Below, piece by piece: positions 38,688 to 48,201 of a DNA stretch of 64,000 bases. The translations under genes and the position numbers were made by a program. Positions within the stretch are counted from its first letter, which is position 1. Every line of letters begins with the position of its first letter. This DNA is from Candidatus Binatia bacterium. GTDB taxonomy: Bacteria > Desulfobacterota > Binatia > UBA9968 > JAJDTQ01. The stretch covers positions 1,237,666 to 1,301,665 of the forward strand of contig OY729432.1 in the NCBI GenBank assembly GCA_963422385.1, read 5' to 3'. The notes under the pieces were generated by a model. That model saw nothing but the letters and a program-made list of their open reading frames with translations, made no database searches and was not told the DNA's origin.

Positions 38688-40892
38688 TCAACGCTCTTGT
38701 CCCGACGACGGGCAATCTCCGGCGTTCTCGACGATCTCGATGGCGGCCGCGTCGAGGCCCAGCGATTCGAGTGCGGGACCGAAGTACCCTGTGAAGGTGC
38801 CCGTCACGGAACCGTCGACAATCAGACGCTGGTCGCCACCGCAATGGATAATGAGGGCATCCGCCAGGGAGAGTGACAGGCGGTTGAAACGGACCTCGTC
38901 TTTCAGGTAGGTCCTCGGTTCGCCGTCGTCGAGTGAGAAATCCTCTTTCGGAACCTCACCCACGACGACGCGGTCGGCAAACAGGAGCACCCAGCGCGCC
39001 CGGGCGTTGCCGGAAGACGCCTCGAACACCGCGACGGCCCGGGTCTGAACGCCCGAAACGACGACGCGGCCTGCCGGCGCAGGGAGCTCCCGGTCGCCGA
39101 TCTGCCGCAGGATACCCGGCGCCGACCCTGGCGGGACGGTGGATAGCGTCCCGTACCCCAGGCGATCACGCAGCCGTGACTCCACCGCTTTCAGGTATCG
39201 CGACCAGAGCGTAGTGACTTGCTTGCGCTCCGGGAGCAACACCGAAGCGTTGAGCAACACCATATGGTCGTGTTCGACCGGCCAGTCCGCCGCAGCCTTC
39301 GTCGCCAGCAGATCGACGAAGGACGAGAGCAGTGGCTCGGCCAGGGGGTCTCCGATCAGATCGCGCGGGGGCTCGATCAGGCGTTGCTCCCTTTCCGCAA
39401 CCCGGTCAGCGTCGGAGCCGCCATCGTCGAAGGCGATCGACATCGCCCTCTCCAACGGCACACGGTTCACGTCGGCGTCACCGATGCGCTTGTGCGCCGC
39501 CATGGCGAATGCGCTGCCTTCGATCACCTGCTGCGCTTCCTCGATGTCGAGTCGACACCAGTCGCGGGCAAGCATCGCGAGCTGAATGAATCCCTCCTCG
39601 ATACATATCTCCTCACGGCTGCCGGCATTGATCAGATCGACCTGCAGACCTATCGACAGCCCCTTCTCCATTTCCTCTATCGCCTTGCTGGCCTTCGGCT
39701 CGTTCAATCCACGCATGTCCCGCAGGACCGCGCCGAGACGCTCGGCAATGGCCTGGCGTTGCGCGGGGCGCAGGGACGCGAAGTCGATGGGCGGCGTCAG
39801 CGTGGAGTCCGGTTCGCCGTCGTCGGCAAGTGCGCGCAGCAGCGCCAACTTGGCGAACTCGTCCGGGATCTGCGCGCACAGAATGCGGTCCAACAGGAGC
39901 TTGCGGTTGTGGTCGATGCCCGGAACCAGCTTGTGAATGCGAAGCGCCTCGGCGAGCCCCAGCCAGTCAGCGCTCCGATACGTGTGGCGCGGATCGTATG
40001 TGCGCGCCACCTGCAGATAGACCAGCGCAACGGAACCTTCCAGCAGTTCCTTCAGCCAGCCCTCGGCGTACCTCTTGAGGACGGGTCCGCCGACCTGCTT
40101 GAATGCCTCCCAGCCGAGAGTCCCCGCCGCCAGCGTGACCGGGTTCATACCGAGAGCAAGGCGTGCGGCCAGCGTCGCGCCGCGCACGTAATGCTGCCAG
40201 GGCGTGAACTTCCGGTGGAGGTTGCGCACCTTCTGCACCCGTTCGAGCCACGCCACGACTTCCCTCACGGTCCAACCGGAGACGTTGACGACCGGCACCT
40301 GCCGCGCCACTTGCAGGAAGTCGCCGATAGCGGACCGGGCGGCGAGCGCGATATCACCGATGCGCGCATCGAGTTCCGCTCTCTCCGCATCCTTCCCGTA
40401 CAGGCGGGCGACTTCCTCCACAACGCCGCGGATTTCCTCGAAAATGGCGCGGCCGTCGAGGCCGGCGACCTCCCCGTGCTCTTGCTTCACGTAGCGCCGG
40501 TCGCGGATACCGTCCCAGACGCGGTCGCAGCGGGCCTGGATCATCCTCCCGAGCCGTGCGTCCAGTTCCGACGGCACCCCGTCCGTTTCGGGGTCGGGCG
40601 ACCACTGGAGCGCGCGCCAAGCCTGCTCGACCGGCGACATGCCCTCAGCGAGCCAGCGCTTCTCGACCTCTCTCAGATCGCACTCACGCAACTCGTCGAT
40701 GTGCTGCTCGATCTCCGTGACGAGCCTACGGTCAACGGCAGCGGATCGCATGAGGCCCACCGCGAAACCGAGCGCACCGGCGCCGAGCAGGCCGAGCGCC
40801 ATTCCCACTTCTACCGAGAGCAGGAAGAAGAGAGAGACCCCGGAGACCATGACTCCGCACCCTGCCATGAACCAGCCGGCGGCCGCGCTCAT
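38688..40892 (-). CDS. hypothetical membrane-anchored protein (734 aa), last gene of the metal-uptake operon
   Basis: Two N-terminal hydrophobic helices followed by a large soluble domain of natural composition. Immediately downstream of the ZnuB-like gene on the same strand. Confidence 0.6.
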   Translation of the reverse strand: MSAAAGWFMAGCGVMVSGVSLFFLLSVEVGMALGLLGAGALGFAVGLMRSAAVDRRLVTEIEQHIDELRECDLREVEKRWLAEGMSPVEQAWRALQWSPDPETDGVPSELDARLGRMIQARCDRVWDGIRDRRYVKQEHGEVAGLDGRAIFEEIRGVVEEVARLYGKDAERAELDARIGDIALAARSAIGDFLQVARQVPVVNVSGWTVREVVAWLERVQKVRNLHRKFTPWQHYVRGATLAARLALGMNPVTLAAGTLGWEAFKQVGGPVLKRYAEGWLKELLEGSVALVYLQVARTYDPRHTYRSADWLGLAEALRIHKLVPGIDHNRKLLLDRILCAQIPDEFAKLALLRALADDGEPDSTLTPPIDFASLRPAQRQAIAERLGAVLRDMRGLNEPKASKAIEEMEKGLSIGLQVDLINAGSREEICIEEGFIQLAMLARDWCRLDIEEAQQVIEGSAFAMAAHKRIGDADVNRVPLERAMSIAFDDGGSDADRVAEREQRLIEPPRDLIGDPLAEPLLSSFVDLLATKAAADWPVEHDHMVLLNASVLLPERKQVTTLWSRYLKAVESRLRDRLGYGTLSTVPPGSAPGILRQIGDRELPAPAGRVVVSGVQTRAVAVFEASSGNARARWVLLFADRVVVGEVPKEDFSLDDGEPRTYLKDEVRFNRLSLSLADALIIHCGGDQRLIVDGSVTGTFTGYFGPALESLGLDAAAIEIVENAGDCPSSGQER

Positions 40893-40908
40893 TCAGATCA
40901 ATCGCATG

Positions 40909-41727
40909 TCACCGTCCGAACCTCCACGCTCCTCGCCTGCCCAGAAGGCGTGCCAGCAGAGAGACGAAGAAGAGCGCAACAGCGACCATCACGATGGTGC
41001 CGCCGGCGGCGATGTCAAACTGATACGCCAGCACGAGCCCCGCCACACCTGAAAGCGATCCGATCAACGCCGCCAGCAACACCTGCCACCGGAAATTCAA
41101 CGCCCAAAGCGCCGCTATGGCAGCGGGCACCACCAGCAAGGCCTGGATGAGCAACAGGCCCACCAGCCTCACTCCGATGACCACGGTGAGGGCCAGCACC
41201 ACCAGCAGCAGCACGTTGAGAGCCAGAACCCTGTGGCCGTAGGCCGCCGCCACCTCTTCGTCGAACGCGATCAGCAGATGCTCCTTGAAGGTCATCAGCA
41301 TGATCACCATGAGCACCGCACTGACGCCGGCGAGAGCCACGAGCTCGCCGGTGGAGATGGCCAGCACGTTGCCGAAGAGGTAGCTGAAGAGATCCTGTTG
41401 ATAACCGCTCTTCAGGCTGAAGAGGACCACGCCCAAAGCCATGGAGCCCGAGAAGAACACGCCGATGACCGCGTCTTCGCTGATGTTGTCGCTCTGGGTG
41501 ACGAGGGCGATACCCAGCGCCACGGCCACGCCGAAGACCGCGCCGGTCAGCAGGGGATTCCATCCCGCCAGGATGCCGATGGCCACGCCTCCGATGGCGG
41601 AATGGGAGATCCCGACGCCGATGAAGGCCAGGCGGCGCAGCACCACGAAGAAACCCAGGATGCCGCACAGCAGGCCCACCAGGACCGCTGCCGCCAAGGC
41701 GCGCTGCATGAAGGCAAAGTCGAACAT
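40909..41727 (-). CDS. znuB: ABC-3 family metal (Zn/Mn) ABC transporter permease
   Basis: 272 aa, 8-9 TM helices, conserved ...GVGISHSAIGG... of ZnuB/MntB/TroC permeases. Confidence 0.82.
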   Translation of the reverse strand: MFDFAFMQRALAAAVLVGLLCGILGFFVVLRRLAFIGVGISHSAIGGVAIGILAGWNPLLTGAVFGVAVALGIALVTQSDNISEDAVIGVFFSGSMALGVVLFSLKSGYQQDLFSYLFGNVLAISTGELVALAGVSAVLMVIMLMTFKEHLLIAFDEEVAAAYGHRVLALNVLLLVVLALTVVIGVRLVGLLLIQALLVVPAAIAALWALNFRWQVLLAALIGSLSGVAGLVLAYQFDIAAGGTIVMVAVALFFVSLLARLLGRRGAWRFGR

Positions 41728-41772
41728 CAGGGAGGGTTCTCGAATTTCGGGAAACAGGACGCTACCGGCGTG

Positions 41773-42564
41773 TCACGTCCCATAATAATGGCCCTGTTGC
41801 TCGTGATGGGCGAGCTCGCCACCCAGGAAGTCGAACTCGCAGCGGTAGGCTTCGCGAATGGCGTGGCTGTGGATCACGTCTTCGGCGTTCCCGTGGATGT
41901 GCATACGGCAGTTGATGCAGATCAGCTCATCGGTTTGGCCGGCCATGGCCACGAGATCATGGGACACCGTGACGATGGTCAGGGTCAGGTCGCGGACAAG
42001 CCTGCGAAGCAATCCATAGAACTCATGCTCCGCGGGCAGATCGAGGCCTACCGTGGGCTCGTCGAGCACCAGCAGCCGGGTGCTGGCGCACAAGGCCTGG
42101 GCCAGCATGACCCGGCGCTGCTCACCTCCGGACAACCGGCCCACGGGACGGTCCCTGTGATCCTGCATGCCCACCAGCTCGAGGCTGTCCTCCACCCGCT
42201 GCCAGTCCTTCCGGCCCGGAAACCCGAATGCGCCTAGATGCCGCAGCCGCCCCATTATCACCACGTCACCGACGGTTGCCGGAAAGTCAGCCGCGACACT
42301 CTGCCGTTGCGGGACGTAACCGATGGCGTGAGAGCCTTTCCGGCCCGGCGGGTAGCCGAACACCTCCACCCGCCCGCTCAACGCCGGCACGAGTCCCATG
42401 ATCGTTCGCATGAGCGTGGTCTTGCCGGCCCCGTTGGGGCCGACGATCCCCACGAAACCGCCCTCGTGCACGTCGAAGTTGATGTCGTGCAGCACGCAAC
42501 AGCCGTCCAGCTCCACCGTAACGCCGCTCAAGCCCACGACGACGTTCCGGTCTCCTTCGCTCAA
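41773..42564 (-). CDS. znuC: metal ABC transporter ATP-binding protein
   Basis: Walker A GPNGAGKTTL, signature LSGGEQRR, Walker B LLVLDEP; overlaps the end of znuA. Confidence 0.85.
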   Translation of the reverse strand: MSEGDRNVVVGLSGVTVELDGCCVLHDINFDVHEGGFVGIVGPNGAGKTTLMRTIMGLVPALSGRVEVFGYPPGRKGSHAIGYVPQRQSVAADFPATVGDVVIMGRLRHLGAFGFPGRKDWQRVEDSLELVGMQDHRDRPVGRLSGGEQRRVMLAQALCASTRLLVLDEPTVGLDLPAEHEFYGLLRRLVRDLTLTIVTVSHDLVAMAGQTDELICINCRMHIHGNAEDVIHSHAIREAYRCEFDFLGGELAHHEQQGHYYGT

Positions 42565-43556
42565 TTCTGTTTCCCCTGTAGCGCCCGCCCGAAAGCGCGC
42601 GCGTTGTACAGCATCAGCCCTTCGTAGGTGGAACGCTCCGGATCGCCGGGGTCGCCCAGCGGGTCCACGAGGACGGTCCCGGCACCGAACTCGCCGGCCA
42701 TGGTCTGCGCCACCCGCGGGCTCAATTGCGGTTCCACCAGAATGGCCCGGATCCCCGCGGCCCGAGCGCTGCGCACCAAGTCGGCGACCTCCCTCGGCGT
42801 CGGCTCCTCGCCGCCGAACTCCTGGACTACTGCGACCTCCTCAAGGTCATACCTTTCGGCAAAGTAGCGCCAGGCATCGTGAAAGGCGATGAACTTGCGC
42901 GACTTCGCCTTGCCGAGCTCCCGTCTGATCTGCCCGTCCAATGCCGTCAACCTGTTTCGGAAGTGGTCGCTACGCCTCTGGTAGTAACTCTTGCCGTCCG
43001 GGTCCGCGGCGATGAGATGCTCGACCACGGCCGGGACCACCGCGTCTCTCACCCGGATGGGGTCCAGCCAGAAATGGGGGTCGAACGCTTCGCCTTCCTT
43101 TTCACCGCCCCCCTTGGCAGCCTGTTCCTCGCCGTGATCTTCGTTCTCCCTGACGGCTGCCTTCTCCTCACCGTGTTCCTCGCCGTGATGATGGTCCTCC
43201 CCCTCCAGGGGCTTCAGGTCCGGAACCTTCATGAGAGCCAGGGTCTTGAGGGGGTGGGATGCCGCCCCCAGGAGCCTTTCCGACCACGCGTCGAAGCCTC
43301 CGCCCACGACGACAAAGAGCCGGGCGCGCGAAACCTTCCTTAAATCGCTCGGCACCGGCTCGAAAGTATGCGGGCTCGCGCCCGGCGGCACCAGTGAATC
43401 CACTTTGACGCGCTCACCGCCCAACTCGCCAACGATATAGGTCACGGGAATCACGCTGGTCACCACGCCAAGGGGCTGTCCGCTTGCCAGTGCCGGGGCG
43501 GCACCGATCCAACAGCTTGCGATGACCGTGAGCACAAGGCTTCCCAGTCTCTTCAT
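42561..43556 (-). CDS. znuA: metal ABC transporter substrate-binding protein (ZnuA/TroA family) with His-rich loop
   Basis: Signal peptide MKRLGSLVLTVIASCWIGAAPALA. Cluster-9 SBP pattern and a His/Glu/Asp-rich loop (EDHHHGEEHGEEKAAVRENEDHGEE) typical of zinc-binding ZnuA. The start lies in a 21-bp tandem duplication (alternative start 43577). Confidence 0.82.
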   Translation of the reverse strand: MKRLGSLVLTVIASCWIGAAPALASGQPLGVVTSVIPVTYIVGELGGERVKVDSLVPPGASPHTFEPVPSDLRKVSRARLFVVVGGGFDAWSERLLGAASHPLKTLALMKVPDLKPLEGEDHHHGEEHGEEKAAVRENEDHGEEQAAKGGGEKEGEAFDPHFWLDPIRVRDAVVPAVVEHLIAADPDGKSYYQRRSDHFRNRLTALDGQIRRELGKAKSRKFIAFHDAWRYFAERYDLEEVAVVQEFGGEEPTPREVADLVRSARAAGIRAILVEPQLSPRVAQTMAGEFGAGTVLVDPLGDPGDPERSTYEGLMLYNARAFGRALQGKQN

Positions 43557-43595
43557 TGCGTCATCCTCCTGAATCATTGCGTCATCCTCCTGAAT
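43554..43595. repeat. perfect 21-bp tandem duplication (x2) covering the SD plus ATG of znuA
   Basis: cattgcgtcatcctcctgaat repeated head-to-tail. On the coding strand attcaggaggatgacgcaATG x2, giving MKRLGSL... or MIQEDDAMKRLGSL... Confidence 0.9.
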
Positions 43596-43597
43596 CT

Positions 43598-44224
43598 TCA
43601 GTCTGCCGGATCCCTTTCGAGCGCCCGCAGATCCTTCAACAGCACGTCGGGATCCGGAGCGGATCCGAAGTAGGCAAAGCGCATGTGGCCGTCCCCATCC
43701 GCCACCACGGTAAGCGTCGTGTGCTCGATGAGCCCCCGTGCCAGCCGCCGCACGCTCACCCCGAACTCCTGCCACACCGGGGCCAGCTCCCGGGCCTCGC
43801 CCGTGAGCCACGACCAGCGGACGGCGTCCGCTTTGTGCCGCCGGCTGTAGGCCTTCAGCACCTTCGGCGTATCGACCTCGGGATCCGTGGTGATGGAGAG
43901 GAAGCGGATGTCCCTGGCCTCCGCGGGTTTCATGTGCTCTCGGACGATCTTGAGGCTCGCGGTCAGCAGCGGACAGACGTCCGGGCACGATGTGTACATG
44001 AAGTTGATCACCACCGGCTTGCCCCTGAGTTTCCGGAACGCCACGCGCTTGCCGTTCTGGTCGGTGAGGACGAAGCTGCCGATGAGGACGTTCATCTCGC
44101 GTCTTTCCGCGAACTTGACCTTGAGGATGGACTTGTGGGTGAGTGCGTCCGCCCCCGGCATGAACAGGACCGCCAGCGCCAGCACCGTAACTCCCAGCGT
44201 CCTCGAGAAAAGAACCCCCCTCAT
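43598..44224 (-). CDS. SCO1/SenC-family copper chaperone (thioredoxin-like)
   Basis: 208 aa with N-terminal TM/signal and CPDVCP metal-binding motif. Confidence 0.8.
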   Translation of the reverse strand: MRGVLFSRTLGVTVLALAVLFMPGADALTHKSILKVKFAERREMNVLIGSFVLTDQNGKRVAFRKLRGKPVVINFMYTSCPDVCPLLTASLKIVREHMKPAEARDIRFLSITTDPEVDTPKVLKAYSRRHKADAVRWSWLTGEARELAPVWQEFGVSVRRLARGLIEHTTLTVVADGDGHMRFAYFGSAPDPDVLLKDLRALERDPAD

Positions 44225-44251
44225 GTCCTCCGCCCCTTCACCGGTCCGGCT

Positions 44252-45685
44252 TCATACGCCCCATTTTCTGGCGACCGTCTCCTTGTACTCTCGCTTGAAC
44301 GCGTTCACCGGCGGGAACCGGTCGATCCACTGGTACGGACGGCAGGCGTCGATGAGCACGCGATCCGTCACGTAGCCTTTGGTGTCCCGGTCCATGGGGG
44401 AGATGACCGGCTCGCATACCGAGGCCCACACGTTCTTCACGATGTCGATGCCCTCGCGCGGGTCGCAGCGGGTGGAGATGGCCCAGATGACTTCGCCGGG
44501 ATTGGTGATGTCCACGTCGTCGTCCACCACCACCACCATCTTGCCGCCGTACGCGCCGGCCCGGGCGCCCGCCGCCACCAGCAAGGCCTGCTTGGCGTGT
44601 CCGGTATAACGCTGCTTGATGGAAATGACGGTGAACGGACCGGTCTGGCCGCCGTAGACGAAGCCCCAGACTCCCGTCACGTCCGGAATCCCGGCCTTTT
44701 CCAACTGTTCCCACAGCGTGATGGCGCCCAGGGGAATGGGCAGGTAGCTGTTGGGCGGCCGCACCGGCGGTGCGCCGAGAAGGATGGGGTCGTCGCGGTA
44801 GTAGACCCGCTTGACGGTCATGAGCGGGACGTCGCCCTCGGTGGCGTCGGTGTAATAACCCGGCCACTCGCCGAACGGACCCTCCCTGGGCAACTGCTCG
44901 GGCGGCAGCGGCGGGATTTCGCCTTCCAGCACCACCTCGCCGTTGGCGGGGATGGGCAGGCCGGTGACGGCGCCGCGGACCACCGGGACGGGACTGCCCT
45001 GCATCCATCCGGCGAACTCGTACTCGTTCACCGAGGGCGGCAGCGGCATCTGGGACGACAGCATCACGGTGGGCTCCTGTCCCAGCGTGATGGCCACGGG
45101 CAGCGGCTGGCCCCGGGCGTGGGCGCGCTCCATGGCCAGCCGCCCGTGCTTGCCCTTGTTCATCTTGACCGAGACCTTGTTCTTCTCCTGGATCATCACC
45201 CGGTAGGTGCCGATGTTGATGCCGCCGGACTCCGGGTCCCTGGTGATGATACCGCATCCGGTGCCGATATAGCGGCCGCCGTCGAGGTCGTGCCACAGCG
45301 GCGTGGGAAACCGCGTCAGGTCCACCTCATCCTCTTCCATCCGGTTTTCGAACACCGGCCCGCCTTCCACCTGCTCATAGGGCACCGGCTGGAATTCCAG
45401 CGACCGGTTGCGCCAGGCGTGGAGAAAGTCCACCCCCTTGACGTCGGTGGGCAGGCCCATGGCCACCGCCGAGCGCCGGCAGGTGCGGAACAGGTTGGAG
45501 ATGATCCGGAAACCCTTGGGAAATCCCGTGAATCCGTCGAACAGGAGCGCTGACGATTCCACGTCGCCCATGTACTCCGTGAGCGCCCCCACCTCCGTGT
45601 CGAGATCCGCCCCCTCGACCCGCCTGACCTCGCCCATGTCATCCAGTCGCTCGATGAAGCTTCTCATGTCGGTTACCGGCTGCAT
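44252..45685 (-). CDS. UbiD-family (prFMN-dependent) decarboxylase
   Basis: 477 aa from ATG 45685 (GGGGGAGAG upstream), collinear with UbiD/Fdc. The upstream ORF extension is junk. Confidence 0.82.
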   Translation of the reverse strand: MQPVTDMRSFIERLDDMGEVRRVEGADLDTEVGALTEYMGDVESSALLFDGFTGFPKGFRIISNLFRTCRRSAVAMGLPTDVKGVDFLHAWRNRSLEFQPVPYEQVEGGPVFENRMEEDEVDLTRFPTPLWHDLDGGRYIGTGCGIITRDPESGGINIGTYRVMIQEKNKVSVKMNKGKHGRLAMERAHARGQPLPVAITLGQEPTVMLSSQMPLPPSVNEYEFAGWMQGSPVPVVRGAVTGLPIPANGEVVLEGEIPPLPPEQLPREGPFGEWPGYYTDATEGDVPLMTVKRVYYRDDPILLGAPPVRPPNSYLPIPLGAITLWEQLEKAGIPDVTGVWGFVYGGQTGPFTVISIKQRYTGHAKQALLVAAGARAGAYGGKMVVVVDDDVDITNPGEVIWAISTRCDPREGIDIVKNVWASVCEPVISPMDRDTKGYVTDRVLIDACRPYQWIDRFPPVNAFKREYKETVARKWGV

Positions 45686-45713
45686 TCGGCTCTCCCCCAT
45701 CTTTACCCTGATG

Positions 45714-46388
45714 TCACTGCACGTAAATCTTCCTGGCGGCTTCCAGGCCAAGGACGACCTGGTCTGTCTGGTCTTCGTCCACCCGGAGGCTAATGGTACC
45801 CAGCGACGGGGCGACGTCATCGACCATGATCGTCGATCCGGGACGGACCTTGTGATCGTAGAGGAACGAAAGCAGCCGCTCGTCGCGCACCCCGGTCTCG
45901 GTGATGCAGCGGAAGATGACCTCGGTGCCCGCTTCCACCGTATTCAGGGGGTTCCACTCCCGGCGCGGAGACGGCTGTCCCTTTACGGGTATGGGATTGC
46001 CGTGGGGGCAGGTGGAGGGATTGTCGAGGATCGCGCTCAGGCGTTCCTCCACCACCGGCGATATCGCGTGCTCCAGGTGGTGCGCCTCCTGGTGGGCCGT
46101 GACCCAGTCCAGCCCCAACAGGTCCGTCAGCAGCCGCTCTGTCAGAAAGTGCCGGCGCAGGATGGCCTCGGCGACCTCACGGCCCTTGAGGGTCAGGTAG
46201 ATGTTCTTGCGACGCTCCACCCTGACGAACTCTTCCTTCTCGAGCCGCCGCAGGGCGCTGAACATGGTGGAGGGCGTCACGCCGATCTCTTCCGCCACCC
46301 GCGCCGCGATGACCTGGTCGCTTTCCTCGGCCAGACTGTAGATGGCCTTCAGGTAGTCTTCGGTCGCTTCCGAGCGTTTTACGGCCAT
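45714..46388 (-). CDS. DtxR/MntR/IdeR-family metal-dependent transcriptional regulator with C-terminal FeoA/SH3-like domain
   Basis: N-terminal HTH (EDYLKAIYSL...), metal-site residues and C-terminal SH3-like domain; 224 aa. Confidence 0.85.
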   Translation of the reverse strand: MAVKRSEATEDYLKAIYSLAEESDQVIAARVAEEIGVTPSTMFSALRRLEKEEFVRVERRKNIYLTLKGREVAEAILRRHFLTERLLTDLLGLDWVTAHQEAHHLEHAISPVVEERLSAILDNPSTCPHGNPIPVKGQPSPRREWNPLNTVEAGTEVIFRCITETGVRDERLLSFLYDHKVRPGSTIMVDDVAPSLGTISLRVDEDQTDQVVLGLEAARKIYVQ

Positions 46389-46422
46389 TTTGGTCTTGTC
46401 TCGATGACGCCGGCCACTGCCC

Positions 46423-46917
46423 TCACGCGCCGCCTTCCGTGCCGCCGTCCTTGTAAATCTGTTGAGCCAGGTAGTTCTCCCGGCCTACCTGCTGCATCAG
46501 GTTGAGCTGCGCCTCGATCCAGTCCACGTGACCCTCCTCGTCTGCCAGAATCTGCTCCAGGAGCTCGCGGCTCACGTGGTCTCCCGCTTCATGGCATGTC
46601 GCGATAACGGCGTGCAGCACCTTGATGGCGGCCTCTTCCAGCCCGAGATCGTTCTCCAACTGTTCCTTGACGGCCTTGCCCACCGTTATCTTGTCATAAC
46701 CGGCAACGTTGGGGACGCCGTCCAGCAGCAGGATGCGGTTGATGATCCGGTCCGCGTGCTGCATCTCCTCGATGGATTCCCTGAAGAGGGCGTCATCCAG
46801 GACCTGATACCCCCAATTGCGGCACATCCGCGAATGCATGAAGTATTGATTGATCCCGGTCAGCTCTTTCCGCAGCACGTCGTTGATCGCCTTGAGCACC
46901 CTCGGATCGCCTTTCAT
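46423..46917 (-). CDS. bfr: bacterioferritin
   Basis: MKGDPRVLKAINDVLRKELTGINQYFMHSRMCRNWGY... with ferroxidase-centre Glu/His and heme-ligand Met positions; 164 aa. Confidence 0.9.
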   Translation of the reverse strand: MKGDPRVLKAINDVLRKELTGINQYFMHSRMCRNWGYQVLDDALFRESIEEMQHADRIINRILLLDGVPNVAGYDKITVGKAVKEQLENDLGLEEAAIKVLHAVIATCHEAGDHVSRELLEQILADEEGHVDWIEAQLNLMQQVGRENYLAQQIYKDGGTEGGA

Positions 46918-47052
46918 GTCACTTCCTCCTCCGTCAATGGGCTCCCTTTCCCCGACCGAAGAGCTCCGGGACCAGGATCATAGTCGAATATCGCCGGGCT
47001 TGAAAGGCGAAACCTACGCCGCTCGCTACGATTCGCTTACTCGGACAGGACA

Positions 47053-48087
47053 CTAGGGAATGCCTACACGGTCGAAGATCCTGAGCGCCGTCGCCCGGTT
47101 CCGGGCGATCTTGACCATGTCGATGGTGTCCGCCTTGAACTTGCCCCAGGACTCCACGATGCCGGACCAGGGCACGCCGGGCTTCACGGGATACTCGAAG
47201 TTCTGCTCGGCGTACATCTTCTGTGCGAGGTCATCGCTCAGGAACTCAAGCAGCTTGACCGCGTTGTCCTTCCGCCCCGAGTGCCTGGTGACGCCGGCGC
47301 CGCTGATGTTCATGTGGGCACCGCGGTCCTTCTGGTTGGGGAAGAACACGTTGACGGCCTCCGCCCAGGCGATCTGCTTCTTGTTGGTGAGCATCTTGCC
47401 CATGTAGTAGGAGTTTCCGAGGGAGATGTCGCATTCGCCCGCGAAGATGGCCTTGACCTGGGCTCGGTCGTTGCCCTGAGGCTTGCGCGCCAGGTTGGCA
47501 TTGAGGCCCTTGGCCCACGCCTCGGCCTTTTTCTCGCCGTGATGAGCCACCAGCGAAGCAAGCAGCGCCACGTTGTAGACGTGTTGCGACGAGCGGATAC
47601 AGATGCGGCCCTTCCACTTGGGAGTGGCGAGGTCCTCGTAGGTCGAAAGCTCGCCCGCCTTCACCCTTTCCCTGGAGGCGTAGACGATGCGGGCGCGCCT
47701 GGTGAGCCCGAACCACAGACCCGAGGGGTCCCGGTCATGCGCCGGAACGTTGGCGGTGAGCTTCCCGCTCTTCACCGGTTGCAGCACCCCGGCTTCCACG
47801 GCGTCGTTGATCCGGCCGATGTCCACGGTCAGGACCACGTCGGCGGGGCTGTTCCTGCCTTCCTTCCGCAGGCGCGTGATCATCCCCTTGGGCGCGAACA
47901 CCACGTTGGTCCTGATCCCGGTCTGCTGGGTGAAGGCGTTCAGCATAGGCTTGATGAGGAACGGCTGCCGGTACGAGTAGATATTGACTTCCCCGTCCGC
48001 CAAGGCGTTTGCCGCAATGCCCACGGACAGGGCAGCGGCCGCCACCACGGACACGACAAAACTGCTCCCCGACATTCTTGCAGTCAT
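47053..48087 (-). CDS. Fe3+-type ABC transporter periplasmic substrate-binding protein (FbpA/FutA-like), orphan
   Basis: Family-1 SBP with signal peptide ...FVVSVVAAAALSVGIAANALA. The start region holds a 30-bp tandem duplication giving in-frame ATGs at 48075, 48087 and further upstream. Start set at 48087 (GGGGGAG 7 nt upstream). Confidence 0.75.
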   Translation of the reverse strand: MTARMSGSSFVVSVVAAAALSVGIAANALADGEVNIYSYRQPFLIKPMLNAFTQQTGIRTNVVFAPKGMITRLRKEGRNSPADVVLTVDIGRINDAVEAGVLQPVKSGKLTANVPAHDRDPSGLWFGLTRRARIVYASRERVKAGELSTYEDLATPKWKGRICIRSSQHVYNVALLASLVAHHGEKKAEAWAKGLNANLARKPQGNDRAQVKAIFAGECDISLGNSYYMGKMLTNKKQIAWAEAVNVFFPNQKDRGAHMNISGAGVTRHSGRKDNAVKLLEFLSDDLAQKMYAEQNFEYPVKPGVPWSGIVESWGKFKADTIDMVKIARNRATALRIFDRVGIP

Positions 48088-48134
48088 TGTCATGCTCCCC
48101 CTTGTTCTTGCAGTCATTGTCATGCTCCCCCTTG
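48075..48134. repeat. perfect 30-bp tandem duplication (x2) covering the SD plus ATGs of the Fe3+ SBP gene
   Basis: ttcttgcagtcattgtcatgctcccccttg x2. On the coding strand caaGGGGGAGcATGacaATGactgcaaga x2, an in-frame 10-aa duplication TRGSMTMTAR at the N-terminus. Confidence 0.9.
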
Positions 48135-48182
48135 GAGGGTTACTTCGGCTACATACTTCATTGATCACGGTAATGCAATACC

Positions 48183-48201
48183 TAAAGTTAGGCTAACACA
48201 A
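48183..48201. promoter_or_regulatory. IdeR/DtxR-type iron box (TAAAGTTAGGCTAACACAA), 15 of 19 positions matching consensus TTAGGTTAGGCTAACCTAA
   Basis: Perfect palindromic core GTTAGGCTAAC in the divergent promoter region between the Fe3+ SBP gene and the fused ABC exporter. A DtxR-family regulator gene lies 2 kb away. Confidence 0.55.

Noticed and set aside
43554-48134. Possible CRISPR array suggested by exact short direct repeats
   Set aside because: Only two adjacent copies each, no spacers, and each unit overlaps a start codon and SD. These are tandem duplications, not CRISPR.
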